From: Camelus ferus
Lineage: Eukaryota
Length of the DNA: 64,000 nucleotides
Assembly: GCF_009834535.1 (NCBI RefSeq)
Contig: NC_045696.1
Coordinates: 91,452,001 to 91,516,000 of the forward strand
Direction: 5' to 3'
The notes beneath the pieces were generated by a model, which worked only from the letters and a program-made list of their open reading frames with translations, ran no database searches and had not been told where the DNA came from. Positions 63,400 to 64,000 of the stretch are shown one piece after another (positions within the stretch are counted from its first letter, which is position 1; every line of letters starts with the position of its first letter). Position numbers and translations under genes: made by a program.

Positions 63400-64000
63400 A
63401 ACTGGCTTAAATCTCCTTTGCCTCCACCTACTGCCTCTCTGCCTCCTCTTGAAAGCCAAAAGAGTTGTCACTACTCACTCTGTATTTCCTGCCTCCTCCT
63501 CCTCCTGACTCAACCCTCTGTATTCTGGCTTCTAAACCCATTATGTCTGTGGTCATTAAGGTCGTGCAGGTCCCAGGTACTGGGTATATTTCAGTTCTTG
63601 TGTCACTTGCCTTTTAGCAGCATTCAATTCTGTTGGCCAATTGCTCCTCCTTCAAACATTTCTGCCTTTAGCTTCCATGACAAATCACTCCTCTGCTCTC
63701 CCTCCTACTCTTAGTGCTCCTTCTCAGCCTCCTTTCCAGGCCCACCTTTCTCTATCCAGCTCTTCACTGTTAGAGCATCTCACTTCCCCTCACTGTAACT
63801 CTCTCCCTGGTCAGTCTCCACTGGTTCCACAGCTTCCATAACCGCTTCCATGAGACAACTCCCAAATGTGTATCTGCAGTCCAGGCTCCTCCTCTGAACT
63901 CTAGATTTACTTCTCCCATCACCTGCTTGGTGCTTCAAAGGCATCTCAACTGCAGAACAAGATGTTGAAGAGAAAAAATAAAGTGCTATTGGCAACTTAC
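63400..64000 (+). mobile_element. L2 internal (RT-region) remnant; a similar L2 piece lies at about 62990-63110
   Basis: The pyrimidine-rich L2 body contains cagcattcaattctgttggcca, gcttccatgaca, actcccaaatgtgtatctgcagtccagg and ggcatctcaact. Confidence 0.75.

Larger units (their letters stand above)
1..64000 (+). other. VEPH1: VEPH1 gene body, internal portion (end of intron 8 to intron 12, human numbering)
   Basis: Four exons splice in frame (398+140+135+118 = 791 nt) into a peptide recognisable as VEPH1 from SKSL to NNPEKAT. Introns are 555-29460, 29601-32354, 32490-56793 and 56912 onward. Confidence 0.96.

Noticed and set aside
63022..63714. Longest ORF in the track (230 aa)
   Set aside because: It runs across an L2 remnant, an antisense L1 3' UTR and another L2 remnant, starts at a non-ATG codon, and is a chance open frame in pyrimidine-rich repeat DNA.
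1..64000. Nested PTX3 or other antisense gene
   Set aside because: No pentraxin-like or other recognisable coding sequence on the minus strand. PTX3 is expected in a more 5' VEPH1 intron outside this window.

Overview
Mammalian intronic DNA, almost certainly camelid (camel, alpaca or llama): it carries a tRNA-Ala-derived Vic-1-type SINE and camelid-type L1 3' ends, and I saw no Alu, Bov or PRE SINEs. The window holds four internal coding exons of VEPH1 (Melted orthologue) on the + strand: 157-554, 29461-29600, 32355-32489 and 56794-56911, corresponding to about human exons 9-12. All have GT-AG boundaries and splice into one open frame ending just before the PH domain. The rest is intron filled with ancient MIR, L2, L1M, MER/MADE DNA transposons and MaLR/ERVL LTRs, a few young L1 stubs with clear target-site duplications, and microsatellites. 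The other ORFs in the track are not credible genes. I cannot claim a new biological system. The best unexplained signal is at about 46980-47600 in intron 11: a decayed ~26-bp-period array that keeps a CATTAC/ATCTCATTA (TAATGAGAT) core, with an in-frame 33-nt microexon candidate inside it and a second strong donor at its end. Other leads are a compact STAT/NF-kB/AP-1 motif module that could serve the nested PTX3 gene, and a possible Zn-binding or half-PH module in exons 10-12. Repeat family names are from recall of consensus sequences, and old-repeat boundaries are approximate.
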